Shown piece by piece: positions 9,624-19,443 of a DNA stretch of 64,000 nt. Under the pieces are notes generated by a model. It saw only the letters and a program-made list of their open reading frames with translations. It was not told the origin of the DNA and did not search any database. Origin of the DNA: Calditrichota bacterium (GTDB taxonomy: Bacteria > Electryoneota > RPQS01); assembly GCA_020637395.1 (NCBI GenBank), contig JACJWA010000001.1, forward strand, positions 1,711,228 through 1,775,227, in the 5' to 3' direction. Position numbers and translations under genes: made by a program. Position 1 is the stretch's first letter; the number at the start of each line of letters is the position of its first letter.

Positions 9624-9662
9624 TTCAAAAAAATGCGGGGCAGTCTGATTGGACTGCCCCGC
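9624..9662 (-). terminator. Rho-independent terminator of the tricorn-like protease gene
   Basis: The minus strand reads GCGGGGCAGTC-CAATCA-GACTGCCCCGC followed by ATTTTTTTG. Confidence 0.85.
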
Positions 9663-9682
9663 TTGAATCTTGCACGGATAAG

Positions 9683-12600
9683 CTACTTCGTCGGTCCGGT
9701 TGCCGCCTTGATCGGGAACTTGGGCATCGGCACGTCATTGCGCGGATCCTTCTTGATCTCGTCGCGGCACCACTTGATGGCCCAGTCCAATTGATCATCT
9801 TTGCCGGAGATCAGATTCTTGACATTCTGATTGACCTCAACGTCCGGCGTGACGCCCGGGCCTTCAATCAGCCACTTGCCGTCTGCGCCCCAACCCGTAA
9901 ACTCAGGCTGCGTGGAGCCGCCTCCGTCAATGAACGGCTTTCCGCCGCGAATGCCAACCCAGCCGCCCCACGTGCGCTTGCCGACCAGCGGACCGAGCTC
10001 CAGGCGCTTCCACCCTTCCGAGAAGGTTTCGCCGTCCGAACCGGTTTGCTCGTCACACAAGGCAATCATATGGCCCTGGAAAGCGGTGTACGGATCGTGA
10101 TCGCGCGACCCGTTGCGCGCCATGCCCCATGTCCAGATCTTGCGATCCAACTGGGTGAGAATCCAGCGTGCGATGTTGCCGCCGCCGTTGTTGCGCACAT
10201 CGAAGATGAATGCCTTCTTGCCATAGACCTGCGGATAGTACTCGCGCATGAACTGCTCCATTCCCGGAGGGCTCATGTCAGACAGATGCAGATATGCAAT
10301 ATCATCGCCGCCGTGTTCCTTGACATACTCCATGCGGCCCTTCACCCAATCCCAGTAGCGCAATTCGCCTTCGTTGCTCATGGTCTTGACGACGAATTCG
10401 CGTGCACCGTCCAGCGACGGCTTGTCATTGACCGAGACCATCACGAGCTTGCCACTCTTATTGCTTAGCAGCTCAAGATAGTTCTTGACCGAGTTCACCG
10501 GCTTGCGGTCAATAGCCACAAGGTAGTCACCTGCCTTGACGTTCAAACCGACTTGAGACAACGGACTTGTGCGATCCTTGTCCCATGGATCCGGCGCGAG
10601 GACTTTGTCAATCTTGTAAAATCCGCTCTTCTCACGCGTCACGTCAATGCCCAGAAGACCCACGCCCATGCTTTTGGGCCTTTCGCGATCTCCGCCGCCA
10701 ATGTACGCATGTCCGGCATTCAGTTCACCGAAGAGTTGGCCCAGTACGTCGTTCAATTCGTCGCGAGTCGTGATGCGATCCAGCAACGCGGCATAGCGTT
10801 CGCCCTGCTTCTTCCAATCCACACCGTGCATGTTGGCATCATAGAAGAAGTCGCGTTCAAGACGCCAGGCTTCCCAGTAGATCTGCTTCCACTCGGCGCG
10901 CGGGTTCACATCGCAGGTCCATTCGCCAAGATGCAGTCCCTTGTCCTTGTCGTCCTTGTCCGGCTCGGGTTCCTTGGTGTCTCCTGCGTCCATGACGATG
11001 AAGTCACCCTTCTTGCGAACCACCATCTTCTTGCCGTCCAACGAGAACGTATATCCGCGCGCGCCGTCCACGACCACATTGTCTTTCTTCTTCTTGATGT
11101 CGAAACAGTGCAGGGCGACGGTGGGGTCATCTTCATCATGGAAGTCGCCGTCTTTCCAGCCGCGGGAGTCCCACGCTATGTAGTAGAGCTTGCCTTCGGT
11201 CGCGCCCAACCCGCCGTAGCGGCCCGGATCGGTCGGTAAGAGCACAATGCGCTCCACGATGCCGTCCCAATCAATCTTGACGTCGACCTTCTTCTCTTCC
11301 TTCTCATCCTTGTCGTCCTTATCGCCCTTCTTATCATTCTTCTCGTCCTTCTTCTCATCGTCCTTCTTGTCGCCGGCGATGGTGTTGTCTTCGGGAAGAT
11401 ACCAGCTCTTGGTGTCCTTGGCCAACGCGAGCGCAAACAACTGGCTGGTGTTTAGAGTGATAAACGAGTAGTCATTCTCGCCGGGGAACGCATTGTGATT
11501 GCGGCGTGACGAAAAGTAGAGCCACTTGCCTTCGGGATCCCACGCCGGAGAATCGCTGTCAAACATCGGATCGGTAACCAGATGCGACTTCTTCTCCTTC
11601 ATGTCGTAGATCTTGACTCCGCCGAACTTATTGGGCAGCGTGACGCCGTAGGCAATGTAGCGCGAATCAGGCGACCACTCGTAGCCATAGATTTCCCACT
11701 CGGACGAATCCAGCACGGAGGTCGCACCGGACTTGAGATTGATCAAAGTAAGGGTTCGGTCCCGATTGCCGCAGACGCCCCACTCTCCGTCGGGTGACAT
11801 CGCAATGCCGAAGTTGTAGGTTGAAGGACCGGGAGCGACTTTGCGCGGCTCGCCCTTGCCATCCGCGGGATAGGCCCACAGAGTCTGATCGCCCATGCGG
11901 TCGGACCAGGCATAGATCTCTTTGCCGTCTTTGCTGTAGAACGGGGATTTCAAGCGCTCGCCGTCATTGCTGGGCGACTGAAAAATCACGCCGCGGCGCT
12001 CCGTGGACGCCGTGAACAGCGCTCCGCGCGCACCCAAAACGATGCGCTTGCCGTCGGGAGACAAACCGTAGTCGTTCGTGTAGTCGTCCGGTGAAATGAA
12101 CTTGTCGCGAGCCAATAGCATTTCGCTCGGCATCGAGACGTCCACCTTGCGCGACTGACCGGCGGCAATGTCATAGACATAGATATCCGCTCCTACCGAA
12201 TAGGAAATCTTGCCGTCGGCAAGGCTCGGCCAACGTACGTCGTAGTCTTTGTGCTGCGTCAACTGCTTGATGTCAGAACCATCGGGATTCATGCAATAGA
12301 GATTGTCCCGGTCGTCGTTGTTGCGCACGTAAAAAATCTTGTCGCCATACCACATGGGGGTGGCATTGTTGCCTTCCCACGTCGTGATCTGCTTGTAGTC
12401 CATTGCCTTGCGACTGCCGACGATAATCTGCTCGGCCCAACCACCTTTGTAGCGCTTCCACGTACGATGGCCGAGCGAAAATCGCGTATAGGCGATACGA
12501 TCGCCGTTCGGTTCAAACGTAATATGCGCGGCTTCGGGAAGTTCCAGCTTCTCCGGCCAGTTGCCGTCCGTGTCCACCAAGAAAATCTGGTATGCAGACG

Positions 12601-12985
12601 GTCCGTTGTCGGAATAGTTGCGATAGGCCACTCGTCCGTCATTGGTCCAGGCCGCAACCCAATCCGCGCCCGGATGATAGGTCAAGCGATGAGGCTCGCC
12701 GCCTTCGGGCGAAACAACGTACACGTCAATGTTGCCGTCGTAGTTGGCGCTGAAGGCAATCCACTTGCCGTCCGGCGAAAACATCGCGAAGCGCTCTTCG
12801 CCTGCGGCAGACGTCAACCGACGGGCGGAGCCGCCATTCAAGGGCGCGATCCACAGGTCGTTGTCTGCGACAAACGCGACTTGACTGCCGTACGCCGTCG
12901 GCCAACGGTAGTAGCCTTCGGCAGGTGCCGCAAACAACGTCGCTGCGGTCACCAACAGGGTGACAAAAGAAATGAGAAGTTTCAT
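9683..12985 (-). CDS. Tricorn-protease-like S41 peptidase (TolB-like beta-propellers + PDZ + S41 domain), secreted
   Basis: Has a signal peptide. Repeated propeller motifs (FSPDGKWIAF, YSKDGKEIYA, MSPDGEW, WSPDSRYIAY). C-terminal S41 block IFDVRNNGGGN...DEQTGSDGETF. Length of 1100 aa is typical for the family. Confidence 0.85.
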   Translation of the reverse strand: MKLLISFVTLLVTAATLFAAPAEGYYRWPTAYGSQVAFVADNDLWIAPLNGGSARRLTSAAGEERFAMFSPDGKWIAFSANYDGNIDVYVVSPEGGEPHRLTYHPGADWVAAWTNDGRVAYRNYSDNGPSAYQIFLVDTDGNWPEKLELPEAAHITFEPNGDRIAYTRFSLGHRTWKRYKGGWAEQIIVGSRKAMDYKQITTWEGNNATPMWYGDKIFYVRNNDDRDNLYCMNPDGSDIKQLTQHKDYDVRWPSLADGKISYSVGADIYVYDIAAGQSRKVDVSMPSEMLLARDKFISPDDYTNDYGLSPDGKRIVLGARGALFTASTERRGVIFQSPSNDGERLKSPFYSKDGKEIYAWSDRMGDQTLWAYPADGKGEPRKVAPGPSTYNFGIAMSPDGEWGVCGNRDRTLTLINLKSGATSVLDSSEWEIYGYEWSPDSRYIAYGVTLPNKFGGVKIYDMKEKKSHLVTDPMFDSDSPAWDPEGKWLYFSSRRNHNAFPGENDYSFITLNTSQLFALALAKDTKSWYLPEDNTIAGDKKDDEKKDEKNDKKGDKDDKDEKEEKKVDVKIDWDGIVERIVLLPTDPGRYGGLGATEGKLYYIAWDSRGWKDGDFHDEDDPTVALHCFDIKKKKDNVVVDGARGYTFSLDGKKMVVRKKGDFIVMDAGDTKEPEPDKDDKDKGLHLGEWTCDVNPRAEWKQIYWEAWRLERDFFYDANMHGVDWKKQGERYAALLDRITTRDELNDVLGQLFGELNAGHAYIGGGDRERPKSMGVGLLGIDVTREKSGFYKIDKVLAPDPWDKDRTSPLSQVGLNVKAGDYLVAIDRKPVNSVKNYLELLSNKSGKLVMVSVNDKPSLDGAREFVVKTMSNEGELRYWDWVKGRMEYVKEHGGDDIAYLHLSDMSPPGMEQFMREYYPQVYGKKAFIFDVRNNGGGNIARWILTQLDRKIWTWGMARNGSRDHDPYTAFQGHMIALCDEQTGSDGETFSEGWKRLELGPLVGKRTWGGWVGIRGGKPFIDGGGSTQPEFTGWGADGKWLIEGPGVTPDVEVNQNVKNLISGKDDQLDWAIKWCRDEIKKDPRNDVPMPKFPIKAATGPTK

Positions 12986-13071
12986 GCGGGTTCCTTACTG
13001 ACTGAGGGAAGCTATGGCGAAGGGATGGGATCAGGCGGGTCCGTAATCATGTCTAAACGAAGCCCGTGCAG

Positions 13072-13109
13072 ACAAAATGGCCCCCGAAGAATAGGACTTC
13101 GGGGGCCAT
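13072..13109 (-). terminator. Rho-independent terminator of the T9SS cargo gene
   Basis: 13-bp stem ATGGCCCCCGAAG / CTTCGGGGGCCAT, with minus-strand tail TTTGTC. Confidence 0.8.
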
Positions 13110-13125
13110 GATTTGTTGCAGTTTC

Positions 13126-15210
13126 TTACTTCAGCAGCATCATCTTGCGGACGGACGTGTAGTCCCCGGCGTCTATCCGGTAGAAATACAGGCCCGAGGG
13201 CAGATTCGCCGCATCAAACGAAGCCGTATAGACTCCCGCGCCGAAGCGGCCGTCCGCCAGCGTGGCGACTTCCTGACCCAGCATGTTCACCACCGTCAAA
13301 CGCACATCGGCGGACGTCGGCAGCGAGAACTGAATCTGGGTTGACGGGTTGAACGGATTCGGATAGTTCTGGCTCAGTGAGAACTGATTCGGAAGCGGCA
13401 GGTCCAGCTCCTGAACGGCGTCGGCAGGCAGCGTGGTGTCGCCACGCCCACGAACCAGCACAGGATAGGCCGCATTGTTGCCTGCATTGCTATTGATAGT
13501 CAGAAGACCATTCCACGTGCGATGAATCGGCGGATCAAACTCCACCATGACTTCTTCGCTGTCGCCTGCGGCCACCGTGAAGGCCGTCGGAGCAACATGA
13601 TACGCAGGAGCCGTCGAGCCAGGAGTGATCGTAATGCTCGTCACGTTCAGCGCATCCTGACCGCCGCGATTGTACACCCAGAGCGGCATCACCAGCGGAT
13701 CCCATGCAGGATGAGCGGCACCAAAGTCGAGCGTATCCACGTCGGTGTCAATCACCGCAAACGGCGGGGTCGCGGAGGACGTATCCATGTACACCTGCAT
13801 CAGCAGGTTGCCGCCATCATCTTCGAAGAACTGACCGCCGCTGCTGGCCACCTGGAAGGCGATAATGCCCATTGCCGCGTTCTCAGCGCAGTTCGGCGCA
13901 TCGTTGTCAAAGCCCATTGCGGCGCCCGTCTGATACAGATAGGCTGCGGCAATGCTCTGACCTTCAAACAACGTGACATTCGGCGTGACGTTGACCGTGT
14001 TCCAGCCCTGCACCACCGCCGGAGTTGAAGTCCACAGCGGCGCACCCGCCGGAAGACCCGTGGCATTGTCAATCATGTAGAAACGGAAATCGCCCGTCGC
14101 GTTGCCGCCGACGTTGATCTTGAACTGCGTGATCTTGGCGGGATATTCAGCGGGCGTGAACTTCAGCGCCCAACCCGACCCGACGCTGAAGCCGAGATAG
14201 GAATCCGCATCGCCCGTTTCATCGTCGTCATAGCGATACCAGCGATGGTTGCCGCCTACGAAGAAGCGCACCCACGACGTGTCGTTTTCGGAATTGTTAT
14301 CTTCGCCCGCGAGCACCACTGAGCGAGCCAGATACTCGCCTTCTTCAGCCGGAGTAAACACATTGCTCGTGGCGAGAGTGGCCGTGCCGCCTGCGGCCAG
14401 TGCGCCGCCAATGATATCTTCGGAGAACACCGAGCCGCCGCCAGGGCCTTCAATCGAAAATTCGACGACATAAGCATCCACAGCAGAGGTTCCGATGTTT
14501 TCCACAACCTGATTGAACAGAACGTCTTCGCCCAACTCAAAATTGTAGCTCGGAGCACCGTTCACTTCGTTGGCCAGGTCGCCTGCAGAAAGATCCGTGA
14601 ACACGCCGCCGGCGATACCGCCGATGCGCAGCATCACGTCACCACCCAGCAAGGAGTACGTGCCGTACTTCGTCTGAGTCGAAATCTGGCTGCGGTCGCC
14701 GGTGATGCCATTGTCATATACCGGATTCCAGTTCGTGTCGAACTGCGGTCCGCCGGGAACCGGGCCCATGACGACATAGAAGTCGCTGCCGCCCGTCACC
14801 GTGACGGTGTCATTGAAGTTTACATCAAACCAGCCAAAATCCGGCAGTGGTGCCGACTTGACTGCGAGCGCCTGCTCGCCGCCCGGTGCGGGAATCGCCG
14901 TGTACACGAACAGCGAGCACGGAGCCGGTGATGTGGTTCCGTCAATCGTGTACGCATAGGCGCTGATGATGGAGAAATCAACGGGCGCGGTGAAACGCAC
15001 GCGAACCCAGAAGTTGGTCGTCGTGCTGAGAGACGCGGGAGAATTGTTGTCGTACTGCAGCGTGTCGGGCTGCGGATCGTCCAGCGATCCGATGATCTGA
15101 GCGGTTCGTTCAAGCGTCCCGTCCGGCCAGACAATAGCCGCGTTGTCCGAAGCCATGGCGGACAGCGAGGTTGTCAGGCAGAGGAGCATGATCCAGTGGG
15201 TCCAACGCAT
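13126..15210 (-). CDS. Secreted multi-domain protein with a T9SS (Por) C-terminal sorting domain
   Basis: The C-terminus reads LSQNYPNPFNPSTQIQFSLP...GLYFYRIDAGDYTSVRKMMLLK, which is a type-A T9SS CTD. It has a signal peptide, CARDB-like and choice-of-anchor-D-like segments, and an internal domain duplication. The ATG at 15210 is preceded by GGAGG. Confidence 0.85.
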   Translation of the reverse strand: MRWTHWIMLLCLTTSLSAMASDNAAIVWPDGTLERTAQIIGSLDDPQPDTLQYDNNSPASLSTTTNFWVRVRFTAPVDFSIISAYAYTIDGTTSPAPCSLFVYTAIPAPGGEQALAVKSAPLPDFGWFDVNFNDTVTVTGGSDFYVVMGPVPGGPQFDTNWNPVYDNGITGDRSQISTQTKYGTYSLLGGDVMLRIGGIAGGVFTDLSAGDLANEVNGAPSYNFELGEDVLFNQVVENIGTSAVDAYVVEFSIEGPGGGSVFSEDIIGGALAAGGTATLATSNVFTPAEEGEYLARSVVLAGEDNNSENDTSWVRFFVGGNHRWYRYDDDETGDADSYLGFSVGSGWALKFTPAEYPAKITQFKINVGGNATGDFRFYMIDNATGLPAGAPLWTSTPAVVQGWNTVNVTPNVTLFEGQSIAAAYLYQTGAAMGFDNDAPNCAENAAMGIIAFQVASSGGQFFEDDGGNLLMQVYMDTSSATPPFAVIDTDVDTLDFGAAHPAWDPLVMPLWVYNRGGQDALNVTSITITPGSTAPAYHVAPTAFTVAAGDSEEVMVEFDPPIHRTWNGLLTINSNAGNNAAYPVLVRGRGDTTLPADAVQELDLPLPNQFSLSQNYPNPFNPSTQIQFSLPTSADVRLTVVNMLGQEVATLADGRFGAGVYTASFDAANLPSGLYFYRIDAGDYTSVRKMMLLK

Positions 15211-15336
15211 GGGATTCCTCCGATTCTTGGTATCTACAAACATTTCAATGATTTCCGGGATTACTCCACCATTCTATGATGATACTCTTACCCCAAGAGT
15301 CTTAGAAGATAAGGATTTCGCCCGAAAAAGGGAAGT

Positions 15337-15930
15337 CTAACCTGTCTGATAGAGTCCGTGTGCCGCGATATAGTTGCGCACGGAGTCTGGAAGCCATTCA
15401 GACGTATCTTTGCCGTCCTGAATTGCCCGGCGAATCTCAGTAGCGGATACAGGCAATAGCGGTGTTTCCAGCAGTTTCACGCGGGACAGATACTCGCGCC
15501 GTGCGTCGTCAAGATTCACTCCCGGGCGACGAAGCACTGCGACGCGCGCGTGCTTGAATAGGTCTTCAGGATTCTTCCAGCGCGGCAACTCGATCAGAGA
15601 ATCCGCCCCGACGATCAACCACAGCTCGTGCTCGCCCGGCGGCAGATCGGCCAAGACGCGCTCAATCGTTTCGGTGGTGTAGGCAGGACCTTTCACCTTC
15701 TCTTCAGTATCCGACAGTACGAGGTTCGGATACTCTTGGAGCGCCAGCTTGAGCATTTCCTTCCGGTGGTTATAGTCCGTCAGCGGAACGTGAAGCTTGT
15801 GCGGCGGATGCGGATTGGGCAGAATCCAGACTGCCGGAAGTTCCAATTCGAGGCGCGCGGCTTCGACGGTGCGCAGATGGCCATAGTGAACGGGATCAAA
15901 TGTTCCGCCGAACAATCCCAATCGGCTCAT
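15337..15930 (-). CDS. nadD: Nicotinate-nucleotide adenylyltransferase
   Basis: GLFGGTFDPVHYGHL. Its start overlaps the bamD stop in an ATGA overlap. Confidence 0.92.
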   Translation of the reverse strand: MSRLGLFGGTFDPVHYGHLRTVEAARLELELPAVWILPNPHPPHKLHVPLTDYNHRKEMLKLALQEYPNLVLSDTEEKVKGPAYTTETIERVLADLPPGEHELWLIVGADSLIELPRWKNPEDLFKHARVAVLRRPGVNLDDARREYLSRVKLLETPLLPVSATEIRRAIQDGKDTSEWLPDSVRNYIAAHGLYQTG

Positions 15931-16703
15931 GGAGTCAATGCCTGCGACTCGGACGCTCCGACTTGTCTTTCAATACTCCGCACGGCACCCGAGTACTTTC
16001 CACTCGGAAAACGGCGATAGTAGTCTGCAATCGCCATGCGCGTGCGTTCCAGTTCTTCCAGCTTGTGCAAAGCCCTGATCTTGTCAAAAGCTGCTTCGTC
16101 TGCGTACGATGTGTCGTAGTAGTCCGCCAGAATCGCGTCCGAATAGATCACCACGGACGCATATTCTTCCAGCTTGAGGTACAATTTTAGTGCGGCGAAC
16201 TCTTTTCGCGCCAGCTTCTCGCGGCACTTCGCGAGATAGACATACGCGCTGTCCGTGTAGGCATTTTGCGGATACTCTTCCAGAAACCGCTGAAAGCCGT
16301 TGAAGGCCTGCTCCGTGAAGGATTGGTCCAGACGATAGTCCGGCGTTTGCTCGAACTGACAGAGTGATTCGTAATAGGCAGCACCTGCGGCCAGCGGACT
16401 CGAGGGGAACTGCTGCACGAGCCTGCGAAAGTCATCAGCCGCGATGACATAGTCTTCCTGCTCGTACCCCGCTAATCCCAGGTAGAAATAGGCAGAGTCT
16501 ATGATTGCAGAACCTGAGTAGTTGAGCGTGATGTCGCGCAAGAGCTGCTGCGCGCGATAAAATCTCTCGCGCTCGAACAGGCTCTTCGCTCGCGCCCAAT
16601 CCGCCTCGACGCCCTGATCGGATACAAACCGCGTCTTCGAAGCACAGCCAAGGAAAAGCACTCCGAGGAGCAGAGTGACGCCGAGTATTCGGAAAGTGGT
16701 CAT
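15927..16703 (-). CDS. bamD: Outer membrane protein assembly factor BamD (TPR lipoprotein)
   Basis: Lipobox LFLGC and a YfiO-like TPR pattern (RFYRAQQLL...DSAYFYLGLAGYEQEDY...AYVYLAKCREKLA). Confidence 0.85.
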   Translation of the reverse strand: MTTFRILGVTLLLGVLFLGCASKTRFVSDQGVEADWARAKSLFERERFYRAQQLLRDITLNYSGSAIIDSAYFYLGLAGYEQEDYVIAADDFRRLVQQFPSSPLAAGAAYYESLCQFEQTPDYRLDQSFTEQAFNGFQRFLEEYPQNAYTDSAYVYLAKCREKLARKEFAALKLYLKLEEYASVVIYSDAILADYYDTSYADEAAFDKIRALHKLEELERTRMAIADYYRRFPSGKYSGAVRSIERQVGASESQALTP

Positions 16704-16731
16704 GTAATTCTATTGAACAAACGGAATGCAG

Positions 16732-16962
16732 CTACTTGCTGCGCGTGGTGAAAAGCAACATGAAGACGCCGGCGGTTGCGCCAATGACAGCCAGCGGAAC
16801 CACCCATGCGGAAACGGATGAGGTCATGGAAGTGCTGTCGGACACTTGTGCCACAAAAGCTGAGTCAGAGGTCAGGCTGTCCGCGATGACCTGCACACCG
16901 TCCTGTGCCATGCTTTTCAGCGGCACAAGTAGAAGCATTGGAATCTTTCTCAAAGCCGCCAT
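16732..16962 (-). CDS. Small hypothetical protein: signal-like N-terminus, S/T/D-rich middle, C-terminal TM helix with a basic tail
   Basis: The ORF fills the gap between the PorV-like gene and bamD. The C-terminus is WVVPLAVIGATAGVFMLLFTTRSK. No clear SD is present, and the start could be either 16962 or 16938. Confidence 0.35.
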   Translation of the reverse strand: MAALRKIPMLLLVPLKSMAQDGVQVIADSLTSDSAFVAQVSDSTSMTSSVSAWVVPLAVIGATAGVFMLLFTTRSK

Positions 16963-17939
16963 GCCAGAGTGACCGCCGTGAATCCCTGAACCAACCTGCC
17001 GCGCTCATAGACCAAGGCCATTCCGATGGAGAGTACGTCTTCCGGTACTTCCAGTCTGTCTGCGCGGTGACGGAGCCAATTGGCATCCAAGAGCCCGATC
17101 CCTGCGGTTACTACCGCTCGACGGCTTCGGGAATAGAGTGAGCCTCCGCCCCGCAAGGCAACCGCGCGTACCGGGCGCCATTCGCCGCCCAACCGAGGCT
17201 CGAGAAATCCCAAGTCATCCGACTGAGACAGGTTCATGAGCTGGAATGCCAATGAATAGTCCGGCTTCTGGATTGCCAGGGAGGCCGTCGTTCCCTGATC
17301 TACGCGCCGATCCAACGGATGCAGCCAGCGCTCGCCCGTCGCCGGATACCTCTGATAATGTAAACCCACTTGCACCCCGCGCGGTTTCAGGATCACGCCG
17401 TAACTGAATCCTTCTCCATCCGCCGCCTGATCTTTCGTGTAGAAGTCCACACGGCCTCCCACACGAACGCGCTTGTGCAAATTCAGCGAGGCAATCAACC
17501 CCGTCTGGTATTCGGATAGCGCGTAGTCCTTCGCGGACGCTGTGAACCGTTGCTGGTCGCCCCGGTGCATCACCGGTTCGCCGAAGATTGCCGTTGCTCC
17601 CACCCATTTGAATCGAGCAGACACGGATCTCACCATCATGCTCGAAACGTCCCCGACTTGCTGCAAAGTCGCGCGAGATTGCGCGGTTTGATCAAAGTAG
17701 CGCTCGAGCTGAGTCGGCCCCGTGCCATTGATCACACCAGTGAGGCCGATGCGCTGACGCGAGGGAAAGTTCACAACTCCCGCAGGATTCTGCGACACCG
17801 CCGATGTGGATCCAAACATCGCGCTGGTGGTACCACCCATGGCCAGATCGCGGGCCACACCCGGTTGCGGAAGCAGGGAAATCCACTGCACCGCAAGCGC
17901 CTGCATTGCGCAGCACAACACTGCGAGGAGCAGTCTCAT
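16950..17939 (-). CDS. PorV/PorQ-family-like outer-membrane beta-barrel (paralog 1)
   Basis: Signal peptide, then ARDLAMGGTTSA...NPAG, which is the hallmark N-terminal motif of PorV/PorQ-type barrels. The rest is an alternating beta-strand pattern. Confidence 0.7.
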   Translation of the reverse strand: MRLLLAVLCCAMQALAVQWISLLPQPGVARDLAMGGTTSAMFGSTSAVSQNPAGVVNFPSRQRIGLTGVINGTGPTQLERYFDQTAQSRATLQQVGDVSSMMVRSVSARFKWVGATAIFGEPVMHRGDQQRFTASAKDYALSEYQTGLIASLNLHKRVRVGGRVDFYTKDQAADGEGFSYGVILKPRGVQVGLHYQRYPATGERWLHPLDRRVDQGTTASLAIQKPDYSLAFQLMNLSQSDDLGFLEPRLGGEWRPVRAVALRGGGSLYSRSRRAVVTAGIGLLDANWLRHRADRLEVPEDVLSIGMALVYERGRLVQGFTAVTLAWRL

Positions 17940-19441
17940 TTCTGTTCAGATGTCCCGTATCGGCGCGTGCGCATCCAAAGAGCCGAAATCACGACCAAGA
18001 GCAATCCGTAGGCGATGCTCTGCCAGACTTTTGCCAGGCGCACGGCCAGGGTGACGTCACTCCGCGCGGGAATCTCTCCTATCCGGTAGCCTGCGCGGTC
18101 GAATCCAAGGGTGGTGACGTAACGCCCACTGGGCAAGACCAGCGCGCTGATACCGGTGTTCGCCGCGCGAACGATGGCTCTGCGAGTGGCCACGGCTCGC
18201 AGGCGAGTGAGAGCCAAATGCTGATAAGGTCCGCTGCTGTTTCCGTACCAACCGTCGTTAGTGATATGACCAAAGAACTGCGCGCCACCCAGAACCGCTT
18301 CTGCAGCGACCTCCGGAAACACCACTTCAAAGCAGATCAGACAACTGAACGGCGGAGTCTCTCCCGTGGGAAACACTACAACAGAATCCGCCGATTGAAA
18401 CTCAGCTTGCCCCAAATGAAGATTGCGCAGGAAAGGAAAGACACTCTGGCCGGGAATGCGCTCGCCAAAGGGAACCAGATGGACTTTGGAAGAGGATTCG
18501 AGATGATGTGCGCCGGGACGAATGACAAACGCCGCGTTCAGCGGAATGGCTTCGCCGAGAGAATCGAGTCGGTAATCGGTTGCGCCGGTCAGAAGCACCG
18601 CGCCGGTTCGTTCAGCGAGGGAAGACAGGGTGTCCGCTGCCCAGCGGCGATATCGAATGGGAACGGGAACTGCTGTCTCGGACCACGCAATGAAGTCGGC
18701 ATGCTGTCCGATCAAGCTGTCCGTGATGGCCACATGATCGAGCAGAATTTCGGCACCGCTGCGCTGCCATTTGGTTTCAGAATCCGTGTTGGCTTGCACG
18801 ACCGCCGCGCGAATCATCGTGTCCGATTCGTCCACCTGATAGGACCGCCACGCTCCCCACAGAATGGGCAACACAATCAAGGAGAGTGCGATCCCTCCGA
18901 TCCGTCTGTCGCGCCGCACCAGAAAGAGAAACACAAGCGCGTTGCACGACAGCACCCAAAGTGAGAGGCCGGGGACATCCACCCATTCCGCGATCTGTAT
19001 CGAGGAAACCGATCCGGACAGAGCAAGCCCCCATACGGCCCAGGGGAATCCCATTTCGCCCGAGCCCCAGAAGATTTCGAGAGCAAAATAGAGTGTGACA
19101 AAGATCAGCGCGGCGCTCTCCACCGAAAGCGCTCTGGCTGTGCGCTGCACCGCCCAGGCGGTGATGCTCCAGACTGTGGCCAGAATCGCGATCATCAGCG
19201 CAGCGGAAATCGCAGACATCCACCACGGTGCTCCGGAATTCAGCCCTACCCAATAGAGAACTCCAGCAAAGAACACATAGCCTGCAACCCAGGCACGCCC
19301 AGCAACTTTCTCTGCTGACAGTTCTGTCGCCGACCAAAGAAAAGCCACCATCGCAACATAGGCGAGCGGCCAGAGCGACAGGGGCGGGAAGGCCGCGATT
19401 CCCAACACCGCAGAGACGATAAATCCCCAGCGGCGATTCAT
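17936..19441 (-). CDS. lnt: Apolipoprotein N-acyltransferase
   Basis: N-terminal multi-TM region plus a nitrilase-like domain with CLICFEVVFPE and NDGWYG. Confidence 0.92.
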   Translation of the reverse strand: MNRRWGFIVSAVLGIAAFPPLSLWPLAYVAMVAFLWSATELSAEKVAGRAWVAGYVFFAGVLYWVGLNSGAPWWMSAISAALMIAILATVWSITAWAVQRTARALSVESAALIFVTLYFALEIFWGSGEMGFPWAVWGLALSGSVSSIQIAEWVDVPGLSLWVLSCNALVFLFLVRRDRRIGGIALSLIVLPILWGAWRSYQVDESDTMIRAAVVQANTDSETKWQRSGAEILLDHVAITDSLIGQHADFIAWSETAVPVPIRYRRWAADTLSSLAERTGAVLLTGATDYRLDSLGEAIPLNAAFVIRPGAHHLESSSKVHLVPFGERIPGQSVFPFLRNLHLGQAEFQSADSVVVFPTGETPPFSCLICFEVVFPEVAAEAVLGGAQFFGHITNDGWYGNSSGPYQHLALTRLRAVATRRAIVRAANTGISALVLPSGRYVTTLGFDRAGYRIGEIPARSDVTLAVRLAKVWQSIAYGLLLVVISALWMRTRRYGTSEQK

Positions 19442-19443
19442 GC

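Noticed and set aside
11285-11380. A repetitive CTTCTT/GTCCTT DNA tract that looks like a tandem repeat array.
   Set aside because: It lies in frame inside the tricorn-like gene and encodes a Lys/Asp/Glu low-complexity linker. It is not a non-coding repeat or a CRISPR-like array.
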